From Macrostomum lignano (taxonomy: Eukaryota): DNA of 64,000 nt. Shown piece by piece: positions 23,925 through 56,733 of the stretch (positions are counted from its first letter, which is position 1; each line of letters opens with the position of its first letter). The position numbers and the translations under genes are program-made. The notes below the pieces were generated by a model, which saw only the letters and a program-made list of their open reading frames with translations, searched no databases and was not told where the DNA came from. The DNA lies in assembly GCA_002269645.1 (NCBI GenBank), contig NIVC01001511.1:62001-126000 (forward strand), written 5' to 3'.

Positions 23925-25435
23925 ATGGCCTTCGAGCCGTCTATGGATAAACAAGCTATTTCTAGGGACGGAGACCCTTCTAAACCCCAACCTCAGTCCG
24001 AAGGACCGGCCGGCCCTGCTGGCAGATCCCAACCGACTGATTCAACTGTGGCAAAGGAAGGACCGGCTGGCTCTGCTGGCAGATCCGACCAGAGCTACCA
24101 AACTCAAAATACCCAAAGACCTGCCAGCTCCGCTGGTGGATCTAAGGGAACCGCGAGCTCTGAGCCTAAAGGACCGGCCAAATCTGGCAGATCCGACGAA
24201 GCTCAGCGGGCTCGGCTTGAGCGCAAACGCGCTAAACAACGCGCCAAAAGGCAGGCCAAGAAGGGAGCTGCGGGGGCCAAAGCGGCGGCGTCCACCATGG
24301 ATGCTGAAGCGACTGGCGTCCCAAGGCAACAGACGGGCCGGCCGGTGGAAGCTCCGGTAGTTCAGCGGCGGCGCTCCCTGGAGATGCTGCTGCGGCTGCT
24401 GAGGCCGAAACCACGGCGCAACAAATGGCCACTGCCAACAAGGAGGTTCCTTCGGGAGCTACCTTTGCGGCGAAGGCCAAGGCCAAAATCCCGGGAGTGA
24501 TCATCCAAGGTCGCGACCAGGACTGGACCACTGATCAGCTTCAAAAAGTGTGGAGTGCTGTTGACTCCTATCTGATTGAGCTGACTGTCGAGGAGGGAAT
24601 CTCCATCGGCATTGAGCGGATGGTGCTGCGAAGCACATTCGTTCTTATTGCTCCTAGCAGCGAGGAGGACGCTCGGCGGCTGCTCCAGCGGCTACCGACG
24701 GTCTCCTTGGATGCTGACCTTGGCGGAGCTCTTTTTCTTCGCGAGGGCCAGCGTCCAAAGACGATACCCTACCGGTATGTGGTTTTCGTCCCTGCTAAGA
24801 GCACCGCAGCTGGACCAGACGTTAATCGCCGGGTCCTACTGCGTCTGAACCCCGACCTCCCTGCTAGTGGACTGGTGTATCACCGTAAAGTCCGCAGGGG
24901 GGAGACGGGCAACTCAATTGTCCTCGGCCTTTCCAGCACTTGGCGAGTCGGTACCCTAATGGATCCTCTTTCCAGCTGGGTGCCCTCAAGCTCAAGATGC
25001 GCCGAGGAAAGTCTGCCAAAGGGAAGGCTACTGCCAACCCCGGCATCTCCGGCAAGAGCGGGGCGCAGTCTAAGGCCCAAGGAAAGGCGCAAGCCGATCC
25101 CAAAGCCAAAGCTGCATCTCGCCCCTCTGCTAGCAGCAGTTCGGCGACCGCGGTAACGGCTCCGGCCAAGCCCCGGGAACCAAACCTGCCAGTCGGAGAA
25201 GGAGTTGAGGACGAGGCCGGGTCTTCGGAATCCGAGCTCTCCTCGGCCACCCTGGTGGGGTCTGAAGGTAAAGATGCAGGTGAGGAAGCTTCCTCCATCC
25301 TGTCATCGGAGCCTGAGGACTCTGCTGGGGGGGGCCGGTGGGGGTGAGGAGGCCATGGACGTCGACCAACTCCCATCTCCCAGTCAAGCCCCAGCGGCCT
25401 GGGACGAGGACGATCTGTTGTCCAAGTCTCCTTGA
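23925..25435 (+). CDS. LINE ORF1 (low-complexity N-terminus, DUF4780-like central region), split over about 3 frameshifts
   Basis: ATG at 23925 (MAFEPSMDKQ). Overlapping ORFs 23868-24500, 24425-25156, 24940-25347 and 25205-25435 chain into one protein. RRVLLRLNPDLPASGLVY...SIVLGLS...FQLGALKLKMRR resembles DUF4780 by eye. Confidence 0.7.
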
Positions 25436-25474
25436 TGGCCCTGGGCTCTAGCCAGAAATTGCATTTAATACAGT

Positions 25475-28400
25475 ATGACTAAGCTCCACGCTGCCAAAGG
25501 AGCGACATTCTGTCTGCAAATTAATTTACAGCATTGCGTATCTGCGTCAGTAAATCTGATGAAGATTGCTGAGCTGTACAGGCCAGGCCTCATCCTGATC
25601 CAGGAACCCTGGATGCGCAACGGTAAGTTGCCCAACATTCCCTCTGGCTACTCTGATTTTTATGTGTGTGGCCCGGGGAACAGTCGCCCTAGAGCGGCTA
25701 TCCTCGCTGCTAGCCATCTCCAGGCTTGGCTGAGGACTGATCTCTCTGATGGAGACCTTTGCGTCATCCAATCTAATATTTTCTCCGCGTACGTGTCTTG
25801 TTGCCTCGGTTTATATCCCAGGCGACAGAGACCCTGCTCCTGAGAGTTTACTGCGCCTCGCGCAGTACTGCGAGTCCCAGAACGCTGAGCTGTGCTTAGG
25901 GGGCGACCTCAACGCGCACACAAGCACTGGGGCAGCAAAGATACCAACACTAGAGGAGAGGAGCTTCTGGCCCTCATCTCTAACACAAACCTCATGCTCT
26001 GCAACCGCGGCAGCACTCCTACCTTTAATAATGGCAGATGGACTGAGGTCCTCGACGCCACACTCGTTACCCCAAGACTCTTTGACAGAGTTGAGGAGTG
26101 GAGAGTCTGGTCTGAGGAGCCCTCCCTGTCTGACCACTGCTTTATCGCCTTTAACATCGCGGACACTAAAACCCAGTCTCCGATCACTTGGAGACGCAAT
26201 ATCCGCAACACTGATTGGGCGGCCTACAAGGCTGCCCTTGATCTGCACCTGCAGGAACTCACGGACTTACGTCCGATTGAGACCTGCGAGGATGTGGATC
26301 ATATGGCTGAGACGCTGACAGGTTGCATTATTGAAGCCTACGAAGCGGCTTGTCCTGCTCGCGCCTACAAAGGCAAGACCTCGGCGCCGTGGTGGAACCC
26401 GGAGCTGGGGAAACTCAGGCGGAAGGCCAAAAGCCTTCATCGCCGTGCCATGAAGACCGGAAACCCGGAGGACATGGAGCTTTTCCGGCAAGCCTCCCGC
26501 AATTTCAAATCTGAAGTGCGCAAGGCCAAGGAATGTAAGTGGCGCCAATTCTGCAATGAATTGGATCAAGACAGACCTACTTCTAGGCTTGTCAAGGCCC
26601 TTACAATGGACAAAATGTCCAAATTAGCCATGATCAAAAAAGATGATGGCTCTCTTACTAAAGACCCTGAAGAAGTGCTTCAGCATATGCTTAGCACATT
26701 CTTCCCGAGGTACCTACTGCTAGACCGGAGCCCAACCATTCGATGGATGGAGCCACCCTAGCGGCGGGCATTGTCACTGAAGACCTAATCGCTCGTGCGG
26801 TCAGAACCTTCAAGCCCTTCAAATCTCCTGGACCTGATGGTATCTACCCTGTTCTCCTTCGTGAAGCAGCCAAGATACCCTCGTTCCTGAGACTCACCCG
26901 CAATCTTATGCGGGCCTCTATCCAGCTGGGATACGTTCCCAAATGCTGGACTGAAGCTCGGGTAGTCTTTATTCCCAAACCTGGGAAGGGTGACTACCAA
27001 AGCGTCAAGGCCTTCCGGCCTATTAGCTTAACGTCAGCAATGCTTAAGCTCACTGAGAGGCTTATTCTCTGGCGGCTGCTGTCCTGCGAGCTGACAGCGA
27101 TGCCCCTCAGCAATAATCAGCACGCCTTCCGTACCGGGAGGTCGACTGACAGCGCCTTGCATGCGATTGTCGAGAAGATTGAAAGGGCGGTACTGGGTGA
27201 CGGTTACGCTCTGGCTCTCTTTCTTGACATTGTTGGCGCCTTCGACAACGTTATCTTTGAAGCGTTTCAGAGGGCCCTTCAAAATCGCAAAGCTCATGCT
27301 ACCCTCATACGGTGGATCATGTACATGATCTCCAACCGTACGGTCACTGCCCAACTTCTTGGGCAAACTGCCTCCAACAGAGTCTGTAAGGGTGGACCCC
27401 AAGGCGGAGTCCTCACCCCGACGCTCTGGAACCTGGTCATGGACGCTCTTTTGAGTGACTCCCGACCCGACCCCGTCTTCAAAGTCGGGTATGCTGATGA
27501 CGTCACGGCCATTGTGGCAGGACCGTCTCCCAGCACGCTCAGGGATCTGATGCAGAGCTTTATCCGCAAAGCAGAATCCTGGGCCAATGACAATGGTCTG
27601 GAACTCTCTGAGCCCAAAACCGTTGCCATTATGTTTACCAGCAGACTACGCTGGAACATACGTCCTCTGCAGCTCTACGGCAGAGATATTGCCTTCGCGC
27701 ACCAGACCAGATGTCTCGGGGTCATACTTGACCACCGGCTCAACTGGTCCTCCCACGTGAAAGCAAAAGCCAAGCGTGCCTCAGCCATCCTGGCCCAGCT
27801 CCGACGAGCACTTGGCACTTCTTGGGGTCTATCCCCAAAGCGGCTTTGGTGGATCTATACTTCCGTAGTTAGACCTGCCATTACGTACGCCTCTGTTGTC
27901 TGGGTTAGCGCTACCCAGGTCAAAAGCCATGCAGACCTGCTCAACACGATCCAAGGCAGAGCGTGTAGGCTCATCTGCAACGCCACCAGGTCCACGCCCT
28001 TTGCTGGCATGGGGGCCTTCCTTAATCTTCCGCCTCTTGACCTCTTCATCAGGGGTGAGGCGGCTAGAACGACGCGGCGTCTAATTGATGCCGGCGTCAA
28101 ATTCATTTACATGAGAGCACCTGCTAAGCGGAACCTTGTCCCGCATAGCGATCTGTGCCTCAACTTTCTCAACGAGTGTCAGGCCAATCGCGTCTTCACC
28201 GATGGCATTGCCTCAACGCTCAACCTGAGACAGCGCTACTCCGTAGCTATCGACTCGCGCGATAACATCAATGACCAATGGAACCCTGGTGAGCTTCATT
28301 GCTACACCGACGGTTCTAAGCAGTCAGCCAACACCGGCTTTGGTGTTGGAATCTTTCTGAACGGGAGGGTCATCGCTACCCACGCTCAATACACTGGGGT

Positions 28401-29209
28401 CAACTCCAGTGTTTTCCAAAATGAAGTTCTGGCCATCAGCTCCTGCACTGCAGAGCTTCTCGCCACTGGCGTTACTGGTAAGAACATCATTTTCCATTCG
28501 GACAGCCAAGCTGCCTTGCACGCCATCAGTGGCTGCAGCACCAACTCTGCTACAGTCCTCGACTGTATCAAACTCCTCAACATGTTGGGTTCCGCCAACA
28601 AAATTACCCTTAAGTGGGTTCCGGGCATGTGGGGATCCGAGGAAATGAGTTGGCTGACACCCTTGCAAAAGTTGGTGCCTCCGGCTCCTCTCTCGGCCCC
28701 GAACCTCTTGTCCCGATTCCTGGCTGTGTCATCGACTCGCGCATCAAAGCGTGGATCAGGACTCAGCACCGCTCGACTTGGGCGAACCGCACGAACTGCA
28801 GGCAATCCAGAGGCGCTGTCCCTCAGCCCTCTCACCAGCTCCGGAAGCTCCTCTTGCGCCTCTCGCGCAGAGACATCCGGGCTGCCACCATGACCCTCTC
28901 TGGTCACGGCTGCTTCTCCAGGCACCAGTACCTGCAGGGCAACGCCACCAACGCCACCTGTAGTTCTGCAACTCAGGTGACGAAACCGCTGAGCATTTCG
29001 TCAGCATCTGTCCCGCCTTCACGCGGGCCAGACTCACTTACCTCGGGCCACACACATCTATTACTGAAGCGTGCAAACCCGAAAACTTTAATCAGCTCAT
29101 GCGCTACCTTCGGGCCACCCGCAGGGCTGAACTCTCCTTTCCAGAGAGCACCATAGCTGCTGGCGACACTGGGGGACCTCCCTGGGCGGCGCCAACCCTC
29201 CGTCCATAG
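25475..29209 (+). CDS. LINE ORF2: AP endonuclease - reverse transcriptase - RNase H - CCHC zinc knuckle, about 5 frameshifts
   Basis: APE motifs QINLQHC, IQEPW, GDLNAH/HWGS and SDHCFI. RT motifs KSPGPDG, FRPISLTS, FLDIVGAFD, GPQGGVLTP and YADD. RNase H motifs YTDGSK, EVLAI, SDSQAAL and WVPGH-GIRGNELADTLAK. CX2CX8HX4C appears after correcting the frame at ~28964. Breaks at ~25780, ~25919, ~26730, ~28624 and ~28964. Confidence 0.92.
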
Positions 29210-29310
29210 CGACGCGTCGGCCGTTCAGGGACTAGCGGAATGGGCGCCCGCGCCTTCCCGCTGTGTCCCCTTCGGGACAGCCCTGCAGCTAAGTCAAGTA
29301 AGTAAGTCAA

Positions 29311-29322
29311 GCCAGGTAAAAT
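29311..29322 (+). repeat. Right target-site duplication of the LINE (GCCAGGTAAAAT)
   Basis: Identical to 23388-23399. Confidence 0.85.
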
Positions 29323-29445
29323 TCCCCATTCTTTCGTTGTATCTTCAAGTTTCGGCCCCCAATAGGCATGCACTGGCAAAAGCACTGCTTCACAAGGATT
29401 GCAGAAGCCGAAAGCATAGTTAGAGTTGATGCTTGGAATGAACTT

Positions 29446-30013
29446 TGGTGCTGGCGCCCCTGGTGTTAGCGCCCCTGGTGCTGGCGCCCCTGGTGCTGGC
29501 GCCCCTGGTGCTGGCGCCCCTGGTGCTGGCGCCCCTGGTGCTGGCGCCCCTGGTGCTGGCGCCCCTGGTGCTGGCGCCCTGTGCTGGCGCCCCTGGTGCT
29601 GGCGCCCTGGTGCTGGCGCCCCTGGTGCTGGCGCCCCTGGTGCTGGCGCCCCTGGTGCTGGCGCCCCTGGTGCTGGCGCCCCTGGTGCTGGCGCCCCTGG
29701 TGCTGGCGCCCCTGGTGCTGGCGCCCCTGGTGCTGGCGCCCCTGGTGCTGGCGCCCTGGTGCTGGCGCCCCTGGTGCTGGCGCCCCTGGTGCTGGCGCCC
29801 TGGTGCTGGCGCCCCTGGTGCTGGCGCCCCTGGTGCTGGCGCCCTGGTGCTGGCGCCCCTGGTGCTGGCGCCCTGGTGCTGGCGCCCCTGGTACTGGCGC
29901 CCCTGGTGCTGGCGCCCCTGGTGCTGGCGCCCCTGGTGCTGGCGCCCCTGGTGCTGGCGCCCCTGGTGCTGGCGCCCCTGGTGCTGGCGCCCCTGATGCT
30001 GGCGCCCCTGGTG
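29446..30013 (+). repeat. 15-bp GC-rich (GGTGCTGGCGCCCCT)n array
   Basis: Direct reading; several units are 14 bp (one C missing). Confidence 0.9.
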
Positions 30014-30699
30014 CTTCAGCCAATCTGCATGTCAACTGCGGCCTCAGCTTCCTGAATCGAAAAGAAGATTTCCATTCCAACTCAAATATTTCCCAAACGT
30101 CCACCCAGATTCTCCCTACTCCAATGTTGAGCATGAGTCGGTGGCTCAAGCAAGGCGGAACATGTAAAAGAGAGACTCGCTGAGTCGAATACTAAAACAG
30201 GCCAGCTGTCTACGGGGAGTAGAAACAGACTCCCTGATGAGGCGGACTTCGACTCAGAATAGAAGTGGAAGAAGTCACAGACGGTTGCACTGGTGGGGTG
30301 TCCAGTCTCTCTGAGCGTGACGTGACTGTTCCCCAACAACTAAAGCCAGAAATGAAGTTGCGAGTTGAAAAAATCAGCAATGAGCAGAGAAAGCTTGTAA
30401 AAAATTTCTTCATTCTTTCGGCATCCACGCTTGCGGAGGTGTCTGGCCAGCAACTTGATTAAACTCCATTCCCTGAGCTCGACAGAGCACGCAAGCTTAC
30501 TGAGGTTATTTGACTTCCTCAGTAAAGTACATTGTGTACTTGTCAATATCTGCTAATTGATTTTCAAATTTAGAAAGTGAAATTGAAAAGAAGCTTTTTA
30601 AATTAAAAAAACAAATTAAAATGCAAAACTGACTGACGAACTGAAAAAGAAAGGATAATCAAGATGAGACGACAGGCTAAACCAATTTTCGTGCGCCAA

Positions 30700-30862
30700 G
30701 GTACCCGGGTTCGAATCCGTGCTCAGAAATTGGGACCGAGTTCGAATCCGTGCACTCGGAAATAGGCCCGGGTTCGAATCCGTGCAGTGCAGTGCTCGGA
30801 AATAGGTCCCGGATTCGAATCCGTGCAGTGCTCAGTAATAGGCCCCGGGTTCGAATCCGGGG
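30700..30862. repeat. Five tandem ~32-40-bp units each containing a tRNA B-box/T-loop motif GTTCGAATCC
   Basis: Motifs at 30709, 30740, 30772, 30813 (ATTCGAATCC) and 30849. Confidence 0.85.
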
Positions 30863-30864
30863 TA

Positions 30865-31180
30865 GAGACATAGGTAGAGAGAGAGGTAGACACTGGTAGA
30901 GAGAGGTAGACACAGGTAGAGAGAGAGAGGTAGACACAGGTAAAGAGAGGTAGACACAGGTAGAGAGAGAGGTAGACACAGGTAAAGAGAGGTAGACACA
31001 GGTAGAGAGAGAGAGGTAGACACAGGTAAAGAGAGGGGTAGACACAGGTAGAGAGAGGGGTAGACACAGGTAGAGAGAGGTAGACACAGGTAGAGAGAGA
31101 GGTAGACACCGGTAGAGAGAGAGGTAGACACAGGTAGAGAGAGGTAAACACAGGTAGAGAGATTTAGACACAGGTAGAGA

Positions 31181-31242
<62 letters not shown>

Positions 31243-31250
31243 GACACAGT
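30865..31250 (+). repeat. ~20-bp (GTAGACACAGGTAGAGAGAG)n plus (GA)n
   Basis: Direct reading. Confidence 0.9.
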
Positions 31251-31692
31251 TAGAGAGTTGTACTCGTAAACACCCTAAAGGCAAAAGCAGAAAGATTTCA
31301 ATTAGTAAAAATTCATATTTATCTAAGCAGTCGCCACTACTAACAGTAAGTAGCAAAACATTTAATGTAGTTAAATGTAATCAAAAATAGTCATATATTC
31401 TATTTATAACATTTTAAAAGTTGAATTACAGACCAGCACTTACTTCTAGCCATCAAAACCTTGAACTCGCATTAGAAATTTAAAATTGCCGACAATTAAA
31501 TATCAGTAATCAATTAGTGTACATTTAAAGCGGTTAAAGTTAAAATTGATAAGCATCTGATGCCAAAATAAGCAAAAGTATCAATCTAACAATATTATAT
31601 AGGGTTAGTTTACGTTCTGTTTATCGCCATTTCAACACTTCAGCCATGGTTTTCCCGCGGATATTCCGCTCTTTGGGCGCCTTTGTTTTTAT

Positions 31693-40394
<8,702 letters not shown>

Positions 40395-41674
40395 CTGCAG
40401 ATAGGGAGACGTTGAGTGCATCTCTGCTCGCCTCACTGAAGCCGCTGAGGGGGTGCGCCGGTTGTCAGGCAGAAGAATAACTGTAGTTAAGAAGAGTCGC
40501 ACGATAGGGGGAGGGGTGAGGGTTAGAGATGAAGTTGGGGGGGGGGGCTTCTCTCTCTGCCTCTGCTCACCTGAGATTCTAGCGAGACAGCAGGGAAAAG
40601 CAAGCGCGCTGCTCTTCACCGCCCCCCCACCCCACCCCAGCCAAAGAAATAATAAGTTAATGAGGTGAAGTGTGCTCACTTATTGAGAAGGAGAGGCAGA
40701 AAAAGCTGGCAGAGGTTTGACGGTCGCGACAGAGATGCTCAGAGGTTGAGTAGAGGCGGACAATACTGATAGGAATGCTCATTGTGAATCTGCTCAGAGG
40801 TATAAGTAAGCATGGTGTGTGGCCCATAGGTTTCTAGGCTGGGTTTTCGTGTTTCATTCAAAGCCAAATATTTTCAGTGATGGTATATAAACTACGCTCA
40901 TGAAAAAACACATATTTTGCAACTACATTACTTCTAGGTTAGTAGTATGAAACAAACTTCATTTTGAAAATAAAATTGTTTTTTATATTATTAATTATTG
41001 CAACATAAACAGAATCAGTACGACCGAAACAACGATAAAGTTTTAACATGTCTTCAAGTAGTATATTAAGCATTTGTCAATCGATAATATTATGAATTAT
41101 TTAATTACAACTATACGGCATTGAACTCTGCCAGATCCGTCAGACTGAATGGGCACTGCGAAATTAGATTTCAGAACCAACGAACTTGTTGCCAACTTCC
41201 TTTGAAAGCAAAGAAATTCGAATTTTCGTACAAATCGAGAGGATTTGCCTTCCCACCCCCCCGCTGGCAGACTCAGCGTGAGACCGGAATGCAGCCAGTT
41301 GAATTTGTACACGAAAATCTTCTTTTTTTCTCGCACTGAAGCAGTCTGGTTGCAGAAATATTGACAGATGCCAGAATATTGACAGAAGATAATGAAGTTT
41401 ATTTTCAGGTTCTTCTTTCAGCTCGGGTCGTCTGAGGGCTGACAGTCGGGGCTGTCAAAATTGGCACAGAGGAAGCTGGGGGGACAGACTGTTCATTCAA
41501 GCTCGAGATGGAGCGAACTGATAAAACCAAAGCGTGAGGGAGTAAAAAACCTCTTTCTGCTTTTGGTTGATTCACTGATGTCTGGAAACTTTGGAATCTG
41601 TTTAACTTTGAAATGGTTTAACTTGTAACCGAATGTTTTAGAAAACACGGCTGCACTCCGGATTTGCCTTGCAT

Positions 41675-43150
41675 CTCCCCTCAATGCCTGTTCATTCACA
41701 CCTCCGGTATCACCTCAATGCCTGTTCATTCACACCTCCGGTATCACCTCAATGCCTGTTCATTCACACTTCCATCATCACCTCAATGCCTGTTCATTCA
41801 CACCTCCGGTATCCCCTCAATGCCTGTTCATTCACACCTCCATTATCACCTCAATGCCTGTTCATTCACACTTCTGGTATCACCTCAATGCCTGTTCATT
41901 CACACTTCCATCATCACCTCAATGCCTGTTCATTCACACCTCCGGTATCACCTCAATGCCTGTTCATTCACACCTCCATTATCACCTCAATGCCTGTTCA
42001 TTCACACTTCTGGTATCACCTCAATGCCTGTTCATTCACACCATTATCACCTCAATGCCTGTTCATTCACACCTCCGGTATCACCTCAATGCCTGTTCAT
42101 TCACACCTCCGGTATCACCTCAATGCCTGTTCATTCACACCTCCATTATCACCTCAATGCCTGTTCATTCACACCTCCGGTATCACCTCAATGCCTGTTC
42201 ATTCACACCTCCATTATCACCTCAATGCCTGTTCATTCACACCTCCATTATCACCTCAATGCCTGTTCATTCACACCTTCGGTATCACCTCAATGCCTGT
42301 TCATTCACACTTCTGGTATCACCTCAATGCCTGTTCATTCACACCTCCATCATCACCTCAATGCCTGTTCATTCACACCTCCATTATCACCTCAATGTTT
42401 GTTCATTCACACCTCCATTATCACCTCAATGCCTGTTCATTCACACCTCCGGTATCACCTCAATGCCTGTTCATTCACACCTCCGGTATCACCTCAATGC
42501 CTTGTCATTCACACCTCCGGTATCACCTCAATGCCTGTTCATTCACACCTCCATTATCACCTCAATGCCTGTTCATTCACACCTTCGGTATCACCTCAAT
42601 GCCTGTTCATTCACACCTCCGGTATCACCTCAATGCCTGTTCATTCACACCTCCGGTATCACCTCAATGCCTTGTCATTCACACCTCCGGTATCACCTCA
42701 ATGCCTGTTCATTCACACCTCCATCATCACCTCAATGCCTGTTCATTCACACCTCCATTATCACCTCAATGTTTGTTCATTCACACCTCCATTATCACCT
42801 CAATGCCTGTTCATTCACACCTCCGGTATCACCTCAATGCCTGTTCATTCACACCTCCGGTATCACCTCAATGCCTTGTCATTCACACCTCCGGTATCAC
42901 CTCAATGCCTGTTCATTCACACCTCCATTATCACCTCAATGCCTGTTCATTCACACCTCCATTATCACCTCAATGCCTGTTCATTCACACCTCCATTATC
43001 GCCTCAATGCCTGTTCATTCACACCTCCGGTATCACCTCAATGCCTGTTCATTCATACCTCCGGTATCACCTCAATGCATGTTTATTCATACCTCCGGTA
43101 TCACCTCAATGCATGTTTATTCATACCTCCATTATCACCTCAATGCCTGT
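41675..43150 (+). repeat. 34-bp minisatellite (CACCTCAATGCCTGTTCATTCACACCTCCGGTAT)n, about 1.5 kb
   Basis: Direct reading; two main variants (CGGTAT and CATTAT). Confidence 0.92.
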
Positions 43151-43526
43151 TTATTCGCGCCTCAATTCTCCTCTCAATAGATCTATAATCCATCCCTTCT
43201 GCACCTATTCGATTTGTATTAAAAACAATTTCGATTCTTTCTTGTAGAGGCTGTTTGCTTCTACATAATTAATTAAAAAGAAATCTAAAAGTGAGTTGTA
43301 GTCAACTGGCAATTGCAATTAAATTAAAGAAATTCAGACAGCTCAGGTTTTCCCGCTTTGATTAGACTGAGTGCAGGCATAAATTGCAGCACTCTTAAAG
43401 TCATTTTCATTTCTGCATTCAATAGGCGACTTGCATGATGCTTTATTGGAATAAAGAATTTGATATACAGTTTGAAATAATTTTCTTCAAATAATCCTCA
43501 ATGTTCCATTGCATGCCTTTTTCCAC

Positions 43527-45302
43527 TCCTCTATCCTCTCTCCTCTCTCCTCTCTCCTCTCTCCTCTCTCCTCTCTCCTCTCTCTCCTCTCTCCTCTCTC
43601 CTCTCTCCTCTCTCCTCTCTCCTCTCTCCTCTCTCCTCTCTCCTCTCTCCTCTCTCTACTCTCTCCCTTCTCCTCTCTCCTTTCTCCTCTCTCCTCTCTC
43701 CTCTCTCCTCTCTCCTCTCCTCTCTCCTCTCCCCTCTCCTCTCTCCTCCTCTCTCCTCTCTCCTCTCTCCTCTCTCCTCTCTCCTCTCTCTACTCTCTCC
43801 CTTCTCCTCTCTCCTTTCTCCTCTCTCCTCTCTCCTCTCTCCTCTCTCCTCTCTCCTCTCTCCTCTCTCCTCTCTCCTCTCTCCTCTCTCCTCTCTCCTC
43901 TCTCCTCTCTCCTCTCTCTACTCTCTCCCTTCTCCTCTCTCCTTTCTCCTCTCTCCTCTCTCCTCTCTCCTCTCTCCTCTCTCCTCTCTCCTCTCCCCTC
44001 TCTCCTCTCTCCTCTCTCCTCTCTCCTCTCTCCTCTCTCCTCTCTCCTCTCTCCTCTCTCCTCTCTCCTCTCTCCTCTCTCCCCTCTCTTCTTTTTTCTC
44101 TCTACTCTCTTCCTCACCCTCTCTACTCTCTCCCTTCTCTCTCCTTTCTCCCCTTTCCTCTCTCCTCTAATCTCTCCTCTCTACTCTCGCTTCTCTTCCC
44201 TCTCCTATCTCCTCTTGTTATTTCCTTTCTGCGGTCTTTGTGACAAAATATTGACACTTCTAGTGTCTTAAATTAGTAGTTGCCTACCCTTGCCGCAAGC
44301 AGCTCTCGCATAGCCTTTTGCTATATATTTAAGTTAGAGCTATGCTCCTCAAGCAGAAGACTGTATTAACAGCCGCGGCTTCGGCTAAATATAGAACGAC
44401 CAGCATGAAGCTTATAAATAAATCTGTAACACCTCTCTCCTCTCTCCTCTCTCCTCTCTCCTCTCTCCTCTCTCCTCTCTCATCTCTACTCTCTGCTCTC
44501 CCCTCTCCCTAACAGTAATAAAATACATCATATAAATATTCAAATGTTTGTCAAGAATAAATAAGAAAAAAATTTCGTACAGGTGCAGGCTCAAACAATT
44601 TATTAGCTATTTCTTATGCACAAAAATGTTCCATCGGCTACAGAAGTTTTTGCATCACGAGAATGAGCGACAGTTGACAACAGCAAGTCTGGTAATAAAC
44701 AATATTATAATTAATAAACAATTATAAAAGCTCCAAGGCTCTGATAGCATTAGCACTGTTGCTACACATCTATAACCCAGTTGTTACATCAACTTCTGTC
44801 AAATTTAAGCATACTTAAAGTAGCTGATGTAAAATTAGTTATCTATTTTCTGAGCTAGTTAATAATGATACGAGCGAGTGAGTGATGAAAATCTGCTCGA
44901 AGCGGGGAGCATCGGATGGGATGGGGCAGAGGGAAAAGCGCAGAGGCGAACCCCTGGTCGGACGGGTCCCATATGTGGCTCTCATTAGTCCTGCATAGTT
45001 GCCTTGAGTACAGTGTTGCACTTTTCACGGGGCACTCCATCTCGGGACAGGAGCGGTGGCTGGGCAGGCTGGCTTATCGAATTTCGAGCTGCCAGATCAC
45101 GGCAGTGAATGCACCAGCTGGACCAGGAAAACCTCTCTCCTCTCTTCTCTCTCCTCTCTCCTCTCTCCTCTCTCCTCTCTCCTCTCTCCTCTCTCCTCTC
45201 TCCTCTCTCCTCTCTCTCCTCTCTCCTCTCTCCTCTCTCCTCTCTCCTCTCTCCTCTCTCCTCTCTCCTCTCTTCTATCCTCTCTCCTCTCTCCTCTCTC
45301 TC
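43527..45302 (+). repeat. (CTCTCCT)n arrays at ~43527-44210, ~44431-44500 and ~45133-45302
   Basis: Direct reading. Confidence 0.9.
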
Positions 45303-45584
45303 CTGTCTCCTCTGATCACAAGTCAGTGGACCGACATCACAGTAACTTTTAAAGTTCAGGAGAGTTTGGCAGTTGCTGATCATACCTACTAGCGTATAAT
45401 TACTTTGTTGATTAGGAAACCACTTGATCAGCTTAAAGTACTTGTACGGAGCACACTGTTCACAGAGTGTCAGTCAGCCCAGACATTTCCTGTTAGAGCC
45501 CTTCGGGTTGGCCCTGATGGACGGAAGTCGCCACAACAGCCCTCAGAGATCGCGCCTAGCAACAAATATTCGCGGACCGGATCT

Positions 45585-56504
<10,920 letters not shown>

Positions 56505-56510
56505 CTGGGT

Positions 56511-56733
<223 letters not shown>

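Larger units (their letters stand above)
23400..29310 (+). mobile_element. Full-length non-LTR retrotransposon (LINE), probably Loa/I-group, about 5.9 kb
   Basis: Two ORFs. Direct repeat GCCAGGTAAAAT at 23388-23399 and 29311-29322 is a target-site duplication. The 3' end has a short tandem tail AAGTCAAGTAAGTAAGTCAA. Clade inferred from the APE-RT-RNaseH-CCHC order and ORF1 type. Confidence 0.92.

Noticed and set aside
24042-29385. Antisense ORFs over the LINE and over the channel genes
   Set aside because: These are shadow ORFs of GC-rich coding sequence on the opposite strand.
30082-30546. Small secreted protein (MKKFFTSFLCSLLIFS...) on the minus strand
   Set aside because: Short overlapping ORFs with no homology cue. 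The signal-peptide-like stretch could be chance.
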